64,000 nucleotides of DNA from contig BCKQ01000009.1 of NCBI GenBank assembly GCA_001600695.1, positions 204,913-268,912 of the forward strand. Reading direction: 5' to 3'. The first letter of the stretch is position 1. Each line of letters begins with the position of its first letter. This stretch comes from Ascoidea asiatica JCM 7603 (lineage: Eukaryota; Fungi; Ascomycota). Both the position numbers and the translations under genes were made by a program. The notes under the pieces are model-generated. The model made no database searches and was not told where the DNA came from. It saw only the letters and a list, made by a program, of their open reading frames with translations. Shown here piece after piece: positions 46,801 to 56,346 of this stretch.

Positions 46801-46976
46801 GAGAAGATGTTGATTGGAATGAAAAAGAAGCTAAAAAAGCAATAAGTAAAAATGGTAATGGAGTTGTAAGTGCTAAAAATAAAAAAAATAAAAGAAAACA
46901 AGAAAATGCAAGTGAAATTTTTGAATCAGAAATGAAAAGTATCAAAAAAAATAAAAAAAGTAAAAATAAAAAATAA
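43821..46976 (+). CDS. KRE33: 18S rRNA/tRNA cytidine acetyltransferase Kre33 (NAT10)
   Basis: MGKKAIDSRIPALIRNG, helicase motifs TAGRGRGKSAALG and IIDEAAAIPLP, GNAT motif RIVRIATNPDYVGMGYG. Confidence 0.98.
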   Translation: MGKKAIDSRIPALIRNGIQEKKRSFFIMVGDKARNQLPNLHYLMMSANLKMNKSVLWAYKKKLMGFTSHRKKREAKIKKEIKKGIREVNDQDPFEAFISNQHIRYVYYKETEKILGNTFGMCILQDFEALTPNLLARTIETVEGGGLVIILLKSLNSLKQLYTMSMDVHSRYRTEAHNDVIARFNERFILSLNSCNTCLVVDDELNVLPISGAKNIKQLPPKDDDELSEREIELNELKKSIEDVQPAGDLVALAKTVNQGNAIITFIDAIAEKTLKSTVTLTAGRGRGKSAALGIAISAAISHGYSNIFVTSPSPENLKTLFEFIFKGFDVLGYTEHLDYNIIQSTNPSFNKAIVRVDIKGDHRQTIQYISPSDSHVLGQAELLIIDEAAAIPLPLVKKLLGPYLIFMASTINGYEGTGRSLSLKLIQQLRTQSTLTNIPNDTQLTTRDNNNNKSNSDNLITYGRTLKELVLDEPIRYAPGDPVEKWLNKLLCLDATLSRSSKFSTKGTPHPSECRLCYVNRDTLFSYHPVSEAFLQKMMALYVASHYKNSPNDLQLMSDAPAHQLFVLFPPTKPNDNKIPDPLCVIQVALEGEISKDSVRKSLIRGERAGGDLIPWVVSQQFQDENFPSLSGARIVRIATNPDYVGMGYGTRALELLKDYYEGKFTNLSENFKEKDYSLKRFSDKEFSKMSLDKDEIKLRDSKSLPPLFLELSDHSPYKLDYLGTSFGLTSQLHKFWKKSGFVPVYLRQTVNDLTGENTCVMLNVLKDKDSKWLEEFSKDFHKRFLSLLSYNFKKFTSIEALNIIESSKFGEESEFKKIEFNKNELERYFSQYDLKRLESYSNNLLDYHVILDMIPSISRLYFSDQISEEINLSSVQKAILLSIGLQNKDIEEISKELNIPMNQSMAMFAKIIRKISTCFREVVSKSIEETLPEFKDKTVAEMNGEEIEEIKDMEDIEKEMEDDLEKAGIDAVINAKQKELINSLVLDKYEIGEDVDWNEKEAKKAISKNGNGVVSAKNKKNKRKQENASEIFESEMKSIKKNKKSKNKK

Positions 46977-47157
46977 ATATATGGAATATAAAATAAGTTA
47001 ATATATATTACTTATATTACAGATTTTAATTTTAATTACGATTTTAACTATAGAATATATTATGTAATTTAACAAACAAAAAAAAAAGGTAAATATTTAC
47101 AGAATTTTTTGAAATTTTTGAAATTTCAATATTGGAAATTATAATATTTGATGAATT

Positions 47158-47476
47158 TTAATTAGTTTCAAAACCAAAACCTTTCATACAATTTTTATAA
47201 GAAAGTATTAAATCATCACATTTACCCGAATCTTGACCAAATTTAAGAATACATTCATCTCTTTTAGCTTTTTCATCTTTACAAACACAACATGGCTTTG
47301 GTTTTCCAACTTCTATTCATAAGGAATTAGTATTTGATTGATATTGATAAAATGAATAAGATAATACAAAAATAAATAAAATAAGATTTATAAATCTCTC
47401 AGTTTGAAAACATACCACATTTTGGAGCTGGAGCACTTGCACTTCCAGAGAACCAGTTTTTAATTCCTTCAAACAT
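47158..47476 (-). CDS. COX17: Mitochondrial copper chaperone Cox17, two exons (47476-47416 and 47312-47158), 71 aa, absent from the ORF track
   Basis: Spliced translation MFEGIKNWFSGSASAPAPKCEVGKPKPCCVCKDEKAKRDECILKFGQDSGKCDDLILSYKNCMKGFGFETN contains KPCCVC, twin CX9C and CMKGFGF. Confidence 0.96.
47313..47415 (-). other. 103-nt phase-1 spliceosomal intron of COX17
   Basis: GTATGT donor (47415-47410), TACTAAT branch point (47332-47326), TAG acceptor (47315-47313). Removing it restores the frame. Confidence 0.93.
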
Positions 47477-47620
47477 TTTATTTATTACTTGAAAATATTT
47501 ATCAATTTAGTAACTTCTATAGTACAGGAATATTGTATTTTACAAATGAATTTCAAAGGAACTTAATTTATATATTCCTACAAAACCAGATGCATTTATT
47601 CCATTTACCTTTATTATTTT

Positions 47621-47854
47621 TATTTGCTCATGTTTTTTTAGTCAGCAAATTATTCGTTCAGTTATTTTCCGGGACCTGCTCAGAATTACCACAGCATTAG
47701 TAATAAGCAATGAGAAAAGTAACCTGACTTTGGGCAGACCCACAGATCTGGCTCTGCCACAGGTCCACCGAGGCTCCAAAAGTCGGGCTTTGTTCTTTCT
47801 GGTGCTTCTGGTGCTTTTGGTGCTTTTGGTGTTTGCATTACAAGAGAGCAAATA
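47621..47854. promoter_or_regulatory. COX17 upstream GC island bracketed by two inverted TATTTGCTC (Mac1/CuRE-type) motifs
   Basis: TATTTGCTCA at 47621-47630 and GAGCAAATA at 47846-47854. Confidence 0.5.
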
Positions 47855-48005
47855 TATCCACAAATTCAATTGCCATGACTTGTATTAAAAGAATTAGAAG
47901 AGCACTGTTTTTATACACATACTGTATTAAGGTAGTACGAGGATATCTATAAACTCAGGAAATCTTATCTAAAAAAAAAAAAGGGAAAAAAAAAATGCTT
48001 TGAAA

Positions 48006-49249
48006 TTATCGAAACTTGGTTCCTTTGGGTCTAATTAATCCGTTATCCACTAACATTTTCTTTGAAATATTCAATCCTGTCTTTGCTGGAATACCATTTT
48101 TTGTAAACGTATAGGTTTTGGTTTGTGTCAATCCTTCTTTTGTTTTTTTCTTAATTCCCAAAGATTTATTCTTTGAAGATTGTCTCATAAAATAACTTGT
48201 TCCTCTAGGTGCTTTTGAAGAATTTATTAGAATTGTTGTTGAGATGACTTTTTCATTTCCTGTTCTTGGAGCATATTTCAAAGGTGCTGGTTTTGTAATG
48301 CATGCTTTTGATGTAGTACTATTGTTTTTTGGAGCAAATCCATTATTATGATAATCATCTACTTCATCATTTCCATTTCTCAGATTACTTTCTGAAATTA
48401 AATTTTCTATAAGCTTAGGATCTCCACTACCTTCATACAATTGTCGTAATTCTTGATACGTTTTTTCTCTCAACTCATCAATTTTTGTTTCTTCATTTGA
48501 ATTATTTTTATTGACGACATTCATATCCGTAGAATTTGTTTGCATGGATGATTGTTTATTAAAATCATTTTGTTTGGCTAAAATATCACTTGGTTCCAAT
48601 TTGATAATAAATTCTTTTTTTTCTACTTTAATCTTTGGTTTTTTAACTGGTTTATTAATATTTTCATTTTTAAGAAGTGATCTTTTTTCTTTCGTTATTT
48701 CTGGAATTTTTTTTAATATATCAGTTTCTTCTTTAATTTTCACTTCTTCTTTAACTTTTATTTTCACTTTTTCTTTAAAAATATTTTTTTCTTTTAAGCT
48801 AACTTTACTTGAGTTTTTAAATCCTTTCTGATTGTAAATTAATTTCTGATTTGGTTCAAATTTAAGTTCTGTTGAATCTTCATGTTTAATCTCTATTGGT
48901 CCAACTGGTTTTTCGATATTTTTTTTCTTTTCTAATGTATTGAAACTATTATTTGGACTTATAGTGTTTCTTCGAGATATACTTATTGGAGACCTCTTTT
49001 GATTCTTATTAGTATATTTTGTTTCAGTAATAAAAGATTTTGTTGAATTTTTTAAAGTTAATTGTTGTAATTTACTTGACATCTTATTTTTATCAAAAGG
49101 CATATTTGACTGAAAATATTTACTTTGAAATTGTTCCTTATTATTTATAATACTACCATTATTATTACTTTTTTCATTATTTATAGTCTTTTGAGTACTT
49201 ATCAATTCTAACTGATGATCTAAAAGTTGATTGATTTTATTTATACTGA

Positions 49250-49301
<52 letters not shown>

Positions 49302-49778
49302 GAAACGTTGTTGAAATCTTTGTGACATAGTATTTAAATCTAAATTTTCATCAATATCAAAATCCTGATCTAATAAATTAGGAATACTTAAGTTTTTATC
49401 TGAATTATTTATAAGATAATTATCAAATTTTGAAATAGGACTATTATTTAAACTATTTAAATTGTTAAATGTTTGATTATATTTATTATTTTTAGGAGAA
49501 ACTTTTCTAGGTACTAATTTTTTAGGTATTATTTTTTGAGGAGAAACTTTCTTTATAACTTTGATAGGAATAATATTGCTAGAATTGACTTTTCTAGAAG
49601 TTATATTTTTATAAACAGGCTTTTCCAGTATTATACTTTTATGAATTAATTTTCCCAGTACTATATTTGGAGATTTACTTTCATTAACTGTTATATTGTT
49701 TTCAGTTTGGTTTTTTGAGTGTTTTATGATTTTAACATTCAAAGAGTTATTGTTATTACTATTTCTATTATTATTATG

Positions 49779-49861
<83 letters not shown>

Positions 49862-50504
49862 GGGATATATTTGAAGTAATATTATTATTAATATTATTTT
49901 TCAAAAATATTGGAGCTGGGGAAATAGAAATTGGTATCGAATAACATTTTGGTAAAATTCTAGGAATTCTTTTTTTTGTAATTGAATTATTATTTGGCAG
50001 AATTGTATTTGATTTCTTTATAGGAGTAGATAAATTATTTTTTGTATAATTTTTATATAAATTTGATCTTTTTGGAGTTATAGGAAAATTCAAAGAATTA
50101 TTAATTGAAGAATGATTTTTATTGAAAAAAGGAGATAAATCTCTTTGATATTGAGAAAGAAATTTAATAATTTGAATTAAATAAGATTCTAATTCTAATT
50201 CTAATTCAGATTCTAATTCTATTCCTAATCCTAAACCAAATCCTAAACCGGATATTGAATTTGATTTATTATTTGTATTAAAACTTAATAATAAATTTTT
50301 ATTATAACCTTTAAGAAATTCAGATATTAATAAATTATTTGAAATATCATATAATTCAATTTTATTATTAAAATTATAAAATTTAATCAATCCTTCATCC
50401 CATTTTTTTAATTTTTGTAATTTTTGTTTTGTGAATAAAATTTTAAAAACTGAAACCTTTGCTTGCTTTAAAGGATTATTGATATCTGTAGAAGTAGAAT
50501 TCAT
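48006..50504 (-). CDS. MTE1: Mte1/Dbl2/ZGRF1-N (DUF2439) DNA repair protein
   Basis: N-terminal FKILFTKQKLQKLKKWDEGLIKFYNFNNKIELYD...ELELESYLIQI, followed by a long low-complexity tail. Confidence 0.75.
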
Positions 50505-50956
50505 AATATAAAGATTAAAAAGAAATCAGAATCAGATTACTTTTTACTTGTTTCTTATTTCTTACTAGTTTTAATCTAATAATAACTTATCTTATAATGA
50601 TTGATCAAAACTATTCATTGAAGACTTCAATATTATATCTTTAATTCCATTACGGTCTAATCAGTTATTTTTAAATTGTTTGTTTTTAAGGTAAATTTAA
50701 AAGGCGCTACAGACGTATTATGGATGTTAGGTGTACCAAATACGTTAATTTTTAATTTTCTCTAGCATTAACAGTTTACATACTGGTGACGAGCTCTATC
50801 AGTGACTTATTAGTATTAGTATTAGTAGTAAATAACGTTACGAAGATTAGTTTGGAGAATCATTTGAAATTTCAGAAACTGATACTGAAGATTTATTATT
50901 TTGTTGATATTCTGTTGAATATTTTTTATTTTTTTTTTTAATCTATAACGTAATAA

Positions 50957-51901
50957 ATGGAGCAAGAATCACAAGATAGTTTTAGTGGCAATGGAGGTGA
51001 ACCTGAGTGCAAACTTTTGGGATCATTCTCAATAATGATTCAATCATTTTTAGGACTTGCAGCTGTTTTAGTTTTAGTAGTGAAAAGATATAAAGAATAT
51101 CCAAATAGAAGACCATGGAAAATATGGTTTTTTGATATATCTAAACAATTAATAGGAGGAATATGTATACATTTATTGAATTTACTATTAAGTTTTCTTA
51201 GTTTTTACTCTTCAATAGTTAATTCTTTGGAAGATCAATCTGAATCTAAGAGCAATTATAATAATGAAAATGAAAACATAAATACAAATCCTTTAGATAA
51301 TGGATTTACTTCAGATCATTATATATATAATGATATAAGTAATATTACAAGTTCAAATATAGAAGAAAATAATGGAAATCCATGTAATTGGTATTTTTTA
51401 AATATATTATTTGATACAACTATTGGAGTTCCAATATTATGGATATTATTATATTATATTTTTAAAATTGGTAAAATTGTTGAAATTAAAGGTATAAATT
51501 CAGGTGAATATGGTAATCCTCCAATTTTTAATAATTATTTAAAACAATTAATTTTATATATTATTTCATTAATTTCAATGAAATTAATTGTTTATATATT
51601 ATTAATGTATTTTTCAATATTTGAAAATTTTTCAAATTGGTTATTAAGTAATTTTGATAATTTTCCAAAATTTCAAGTTATTTTTGTTATTTTTTTAACT
51701 CCATTAATAATGAATTCTTTTCAATATTTCTGCATAGACAATATAATCCAAAGTTCCAAATATAGAAAACATTCAACTTCAGTTCCCACTTCAGTTTCCA
51801 CTTCAATTCCCACTTCAACTTCATTATCCTCATTATCCTCATTATCCTCATTAGCTTCAACATCTTCAACATCTGCAATGCCAACTGCTCCAAGAGTGTA
51901 A
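50957..51901 (+). CDS. YPL162C/STIMATE-family vacuolar membrane protein
   Basis: CKLLGSFS, KRYKEYPNRRPWKIWFFDISKQ, NPCNWYFLNILFDTTIG, SGEYGNPP, PLIMNSFQYFCIDNII. Confidence 0.9.
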   Translation: MEQESQDSFSGNGGEPECKLLGSFSIMIQSFLGLAAVLVLVVKRYKEYPNRRPWKIWFFDISKQLIGGICIHLLNLLLSFLSFYSSIVNSLEDQSESKSNYNNENENINTNPLDNGFTSDHYIYNDISNITSSNIEENNGNPCNWYFLNILFDTTIGVPILWILLYYIFKIGKIVEIKGINSGEYGNPPIFNNYLKQLILYIISLISMKLIVYILLMYFSIFENFSNWLLSNFDNFPKFQVIFVIFLTPLIMNSFQYFCIDNIIQSSKYRKHSTSVPTSVSTSIPTSTSLSSLSSLSSLASTSSTSAMPTAPRV

Positions 51902-52244
51902 AAACTGTTCAACGTTACAAAAAGACTCACTGCTGGTCTATGCTCAAAGCCACCCGCTGGTCTGGTCTCACGCGTGCAGCATCCGCTACCGTTGCCGTTG
52001 CCCATCTTCAATATCGATCATCATCATCATTATCATCATCAGTGCTCACTTCACCAAAGGCAAAGGATAAATACTCTATATATTACTGTTAAACTATTAC
52101 CATTACTATTGTACTATTATATTATCTTATCTTTTCATTCCATCATTCTCTTTTTTTATTAAATCTCTATTTTGGTGTGTTTATTCAACTTGATTCTCAA
52201 CTCATATACTATCACTAACATAATCATTTTCTCAATTTTAAACA

Positions 52245-53045
52245 ATGATTTTATCTTCCCCGAATATCGTAGCTCTGGCAAATTACTTATCTACAAATAT
52301 AATACCATCTTCTATAATACCTTCATTAATTAAATCATCTTTTTTAAAAGTTCCTATTATTTCTTTAATCTCAAAACGATCAATTTCAACTAATTTCAAT
52401 TCAAATTTCAATTATTATTCAATTAATGATAATTTATCTTTAAAAAATAAAAATATACAAATAAATAAATTTAAAAAAAATATTAGATATTATGCAAGAA
52501 GTTCAACAGATATAAATAAAGATATTTTTTTACTTAAAAGACAACAACTTTTAAAAAGATTTAATACTAATCTGGAAATTCAAAGTGCTTATAATAATGT
52601 TAAATTAACTTTAAAAAAATTATTATGTCAAGTTCAAAATGATCATCAAAAATCAAATCAAATATTAGATAATATATTCAATAATACTCCCAATATTAAT
52701 AATAATAATAATAATAATATATCTAATGATGATAGTGAAATGAATTCTTTAATGTTTGATCAAAATGAAAATAATGAAAATAATGAAGTTTATGACATTG
52801 AAGATTTTAATTATTCAAATGATTCAAATGATTCTAATGATTCTAATGATTTAAATGATCCAAATATTAAAATTGATTTAAAAAAATTAAATATGAATGA
52901 ATTACTTTCAATATTTAATAATCAAGAATTAATTGCTGCCATTGATAATTTAACTTTTATAATGAAAAAATATCATTGTGAAATAACTGATGATGAATTA
53001 GCAACTTTAATGAATATTTATAAACAAGTTAATTCTCCATATTAA
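52245..53045 (+). CDS. Hypothetical protein, probably mitochondrial
   Basis: 266-aa ATG ORF with host-like codon usage; S/R/K-rich, acid-free N-terminus; helical C-terminal part. Confidence 0.7.
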   Translation: MILSSPNIVALANYLSTNIIPSSIIPSLIKSSFLKVPIISLISKRSISTNFNSNFNYYSINDNLSLKNKNIQINKFKKNIRYYARSSTDINKDIFLLKRQQLLKRFNTNLEIQSAYNNVKLTLKKLLCQVQNDHQKSNQILDNIFNNTPNINNNNNNNISNDDSEMNSLMFDQNENNENNEVYDIEDFNYSNDSNDSNDSNDLNDPNIKIDLKKLNMNELLSIFNNQELIAAIDNLTFIMKKYHCEITDDELATLMNIYKQVNSPY

Positions 53046-53394
53046 TTTATCTATTAAAAAAAAAAAAACTAAAAATTTATGTTTCTTTTTGTGTTTCTTT
53101 TTTACTCAATTAATAATATTCTAATTTTTTAATAATAAAACTTTTATATAATATCAAAATAAATAAATAATTAAATAAATAATTAAATAAATAAATAAAT
53201 ACATTATCTTCATAATAGATGTTAATCCTCATGAAATATTGTATTCCTTTGAATAGATCTTGAATTCCTAGAATAACTTAATTAAAGTTTAGCACCTTCA
53301 AATCCCAAATTCTTTGAATCTCTTAAATCTCTTAAGAGTTTGGTGATTACTAATAGCTTAGTAATGGAAATTTTCTACTTTTATGAAGCAGCTT

Positions 53395-53440
53395 CGGATT
53401 TGGACCGGGTTCTATGCGGTAAAAATCGGATTTTAAACGG
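53395..53440 (+). promoter_or_regulatory. Five phased CGG triplets (Zn2Cys6 factor sites) upstream of SNG1
   Basis: CGG at 53395, 53406, 53417, 53427 and 53438. Confidence 0.55.
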
Positions 53441-53740
53441 TAGACTAGATTTTATAACAATATATTTCATACACAGCTACTTTTAAGTATTTATACTACA
53501 GTACTATCATTAGCAATAGCTTTACTTATTATAAGCTCCATTATATCGTAAACTTAAAAGCAAAATAAAACTATATATAAATGTTCAATTGCAATGCTTT
53601 TCTTATTTTATGAATCAGCTTTTTCTTAATTTTTACGTTTTTAATCATTTATTCAATTGACAAAATTGAAGACTTGTAAAAGACTGTTATGATAATTATC
53701 AACTTTAATTGAATCAATTAAAACAGTTGAAATAATAGAA

Positions 53741-55282
53741 ATGAATAAAGAGTCAGAAAACTATGATGAAATTTCATCAAATGCAATGAATGATGGAATC
53801 AAAACTTTTGATAATAATTCAAACAAATCACATCAAAATTCTATTAATGATCCTATTCGAAAATTTTTTTCAATTCAGCATACTCAAAAACTTGGTATTT
53901 TTGATCCAAAAGTTAAACCACATTGGATTACTGTTGTTAAAGAATTTTTATTAAATTGGGTGATTATGTTAATTTGTATGCTAGCTGTTTTTTCAATCTA
54001 TTGGGGTTCAATGTTTAGAAGACAAACTCACGATACGAATCTAAAATTTCTAATTGTTTCTGAAGAACAAAATAATAATACTAGTTCTGAAGTTCAACCT
54101 TATATCTCTGATTATTATAAAGATATCTTTTCAACTGATGAAACTCTTTTATCCTTGGGTAACTGGAAATATATGACTTATGATAATTTTTCCGAAAGAT
54201 ATAATCCAATTGACTCAAAGGACTATGATTCTGAATTTAATTTTAAAGATAAAATTGATTCAATTATTCATCAACAAAAATACTGGGCTGCTATTTATAT
54301 CTCTAAAAATGCAACATACCAAATCTATCAAGCTTTCAAAGAAGCAAATTCATCTTTTAATGCCAATTCTGCAATTGATCCATTAGTTAGTTTCATATAT
54401 GAAACTGGAAGAGATCCCATGGGTATGAACTCTTATATCAATCCAATACTTAAACAAGTTTCTAATTATTTAACTTTAAATATTTCTCCAAAAATTTATG
54501 GTGATATCACTAATAATGACTTAAATTCAACGGAAAGACTAAATCTAATCAACAATTCACCTATGCTAATATCAAATACACTTACTCCAAAATTTGTTGA
54601 TAATATTCCTCTTTCTAACCCTGTTTTGATGGCTCCTTTACAAGTTGGATTAATTTTCCAAATTATTTTAACTTTTTTTCAATTCAATTTTTTCAGTTCA
54701 ACTAATCAAATATTCATCAAAAAAATTCAAATTAAAGAAAAACATTATATGTTTTATAGATTAATCTCACCTCATATAACTTATTTTATTATAGCTTTAG
54801 GATTTGGATTAGTAAGTTTAGCTTTCCAGGTTTCGTTTTCAGTAACATTTGGAAAAGCAGGCTTTTTAGTATATTGGATGGTAACGTATTTAACAATGGC
54901 TGCAGTTGGAGGAGCTACAGAAAATGTTGCATTATTTCTTATTCCTATTTTTCCACCATTGCTTGGATTCTGGATGTTATTTTGGGTTATCAGTAATATT
55001 TCTCCAACTTTTACTCCAATGGCATTATTATCTAAATTTTATAGATATGGATATGCATTTCCAATTCATAATTCTGCAGAATTGTCCAAAGTTATATTTT
55101 TGAATTCTTCTAAACATCAAGTTGGTAGAAACATAGGAATTATAATTGCATGGATTGTAATTAATACTCTCATTCATCCTATTGCTCTAATATTTTTTGG
55201 TAAACAAATGGGTAAGAAAATGGCTATTGAAAAGCAAAAACAAAAAGAGCAGCAACAACAACAACAACAAATAAAGAAATAG
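53741..55282 (+). CDS. SNG1: Sng1-family (DUF3533) membrane protein, nitrosoguanidine resistance
   Basis: FSIYWGSMF, KYWAAIYI, YETGRDP, QVGLIFQIILTFFQF, FGKAGFLVYWM, FYRYGYAFPIHN. Confidence 0.88.
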   Translation: MNKESENYDEISSNAMNDGIKTFDNNSNKSHQNSINDPIRKFFSIQHTQKLGIFDPKVKPHWITVVKEFLLNWVIMLICMLAVFSIYWGSMFRRQTHDTNLKFLIVSEEQNNNTSSEVQPYISDYYKDIFSTDETLLSLGNWKYMTYDNFSERYNPIDSKDYDSEFNFKDKIDSIIHQQKYWAAIYISKNATYQIYQAFKEANSSFNANSAIDPLVSFIYETGRDPMGMNSYINPILKQVSNYLTLNISPKIYGDITNNDLNSTERLNLINNSPMLISNTLTPKFVDNIPLSNPVLMAPLQVGLIFQIILTFFQFNFFSSTNQIFIKKIQIKEKHYMFYRLISPHITYFIIALGFGLVSLAFQVSFSVTFGKAGFLVYWMVTYLTMAAVGGATENVALFLIPIFPPLLGFWMLFWVISNISPTFTPMALLSKFYRYGYAFPIHNSAELSKVIFLNSSKHQVGRNIGIIIAWIVINTLIHPIALIFFGKQMGKKMAIEKQKQKEQQQQQQQIKK

Positions 55283-55714
55283 ACATATTCATTTACAGTA
55301 AGGGGACTTGATTATTCTATTGTACATTTTTTTCTTCTTCAAAACAAGCATAATATAGTTTAATTTAATTAATAATCTAATAAATAATTTAATAAATAAT
55401 TTGATAAATAATTTTTCATTAAAAGTAATTCTGTGTAATGAACACTAATTGGTCAATCCGCATTAGGTGTCATTACCAATCAATTCGTAGGATTTATCCC
55501 ATTTATATAAATCAATAATCCCTTAATTATTAGAATTAATGTTAATTCTAAGAATTAAGCAATTCGAAATATATAGCTTCAATAAATACTTTTACAATAT
55601 TAAATATCATCTAGATAGACCCATCCATTACATTCTGAAGTTATCAGGCAGGGACCACTTTAAAAGAAAGAAACTCCCAACAATAAACTTATACCTCAAA
55701 AGAACGCCCATGTT

Positions 55715-55870
55715 TCTGGTGTACGCCATGCCACGTGGTTATACATTGTGTGTGCTCTTTGCGTTACGTGTCAACTTGCGTGTCTGCTTACGTAACTGCT
55801 GACAACCCATTCTTTATCCTGTCCTTGAATTTTCTTGGGACAGTGGCCGTTGCGAGTGCATGCGAGTCAG
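55715..55870. promoter_or_regulatory. GC-rich island upstream of PEP5 with ACGT-core motifs
   Basis: GCCACGTGG 55730, TTACGTGTCA 55764, TTACGTAA 55788. Confidence 0.5.
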
Positions 55871-56346
55871 AATGTTATGTTGGTAAGAATGGGAATAGGA
55901 TAATCCATTTCCTATTAAGGCTCACACTTTATTCGTTATTCGTTATTATATTATTATTCATTGTTCTGTTATTGTTTATTCAGTGTTTATTTGGATATTT
56001 ATTTGGATAGTTATTCAATTAATAGTCTATTCAATCAACCATTTGCTTAGTATTTTCTTCAATTGATTATTCAATTGTTAATCTGTCATAACTGCTATCG
56101 TATTTTGAAAATCAATGAACAATTGATTAAAAATAGTTTCATTTTCATAGATTTATATTTTCTTACATATACTAATCAAAGTAATCAATCAATCACATTT
56201 CAACTAATAGTTCTATCTTTTTTTAAGAAATTTTTGTTTCATGGTATTTCTTTTTATTTCAATAACTTTCATCATTTTATAATCTGATTTCCTCTTATTT
56301 TCCTTCCTTTTAATCTATAAAAACAATAACAATAACAATAACAATA

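Noticed and set aside
47222-47228. Reb1 site TTACCCG
   Set aside because: It lies inside COX17 exon 2 (codons TCG GGT AAA).
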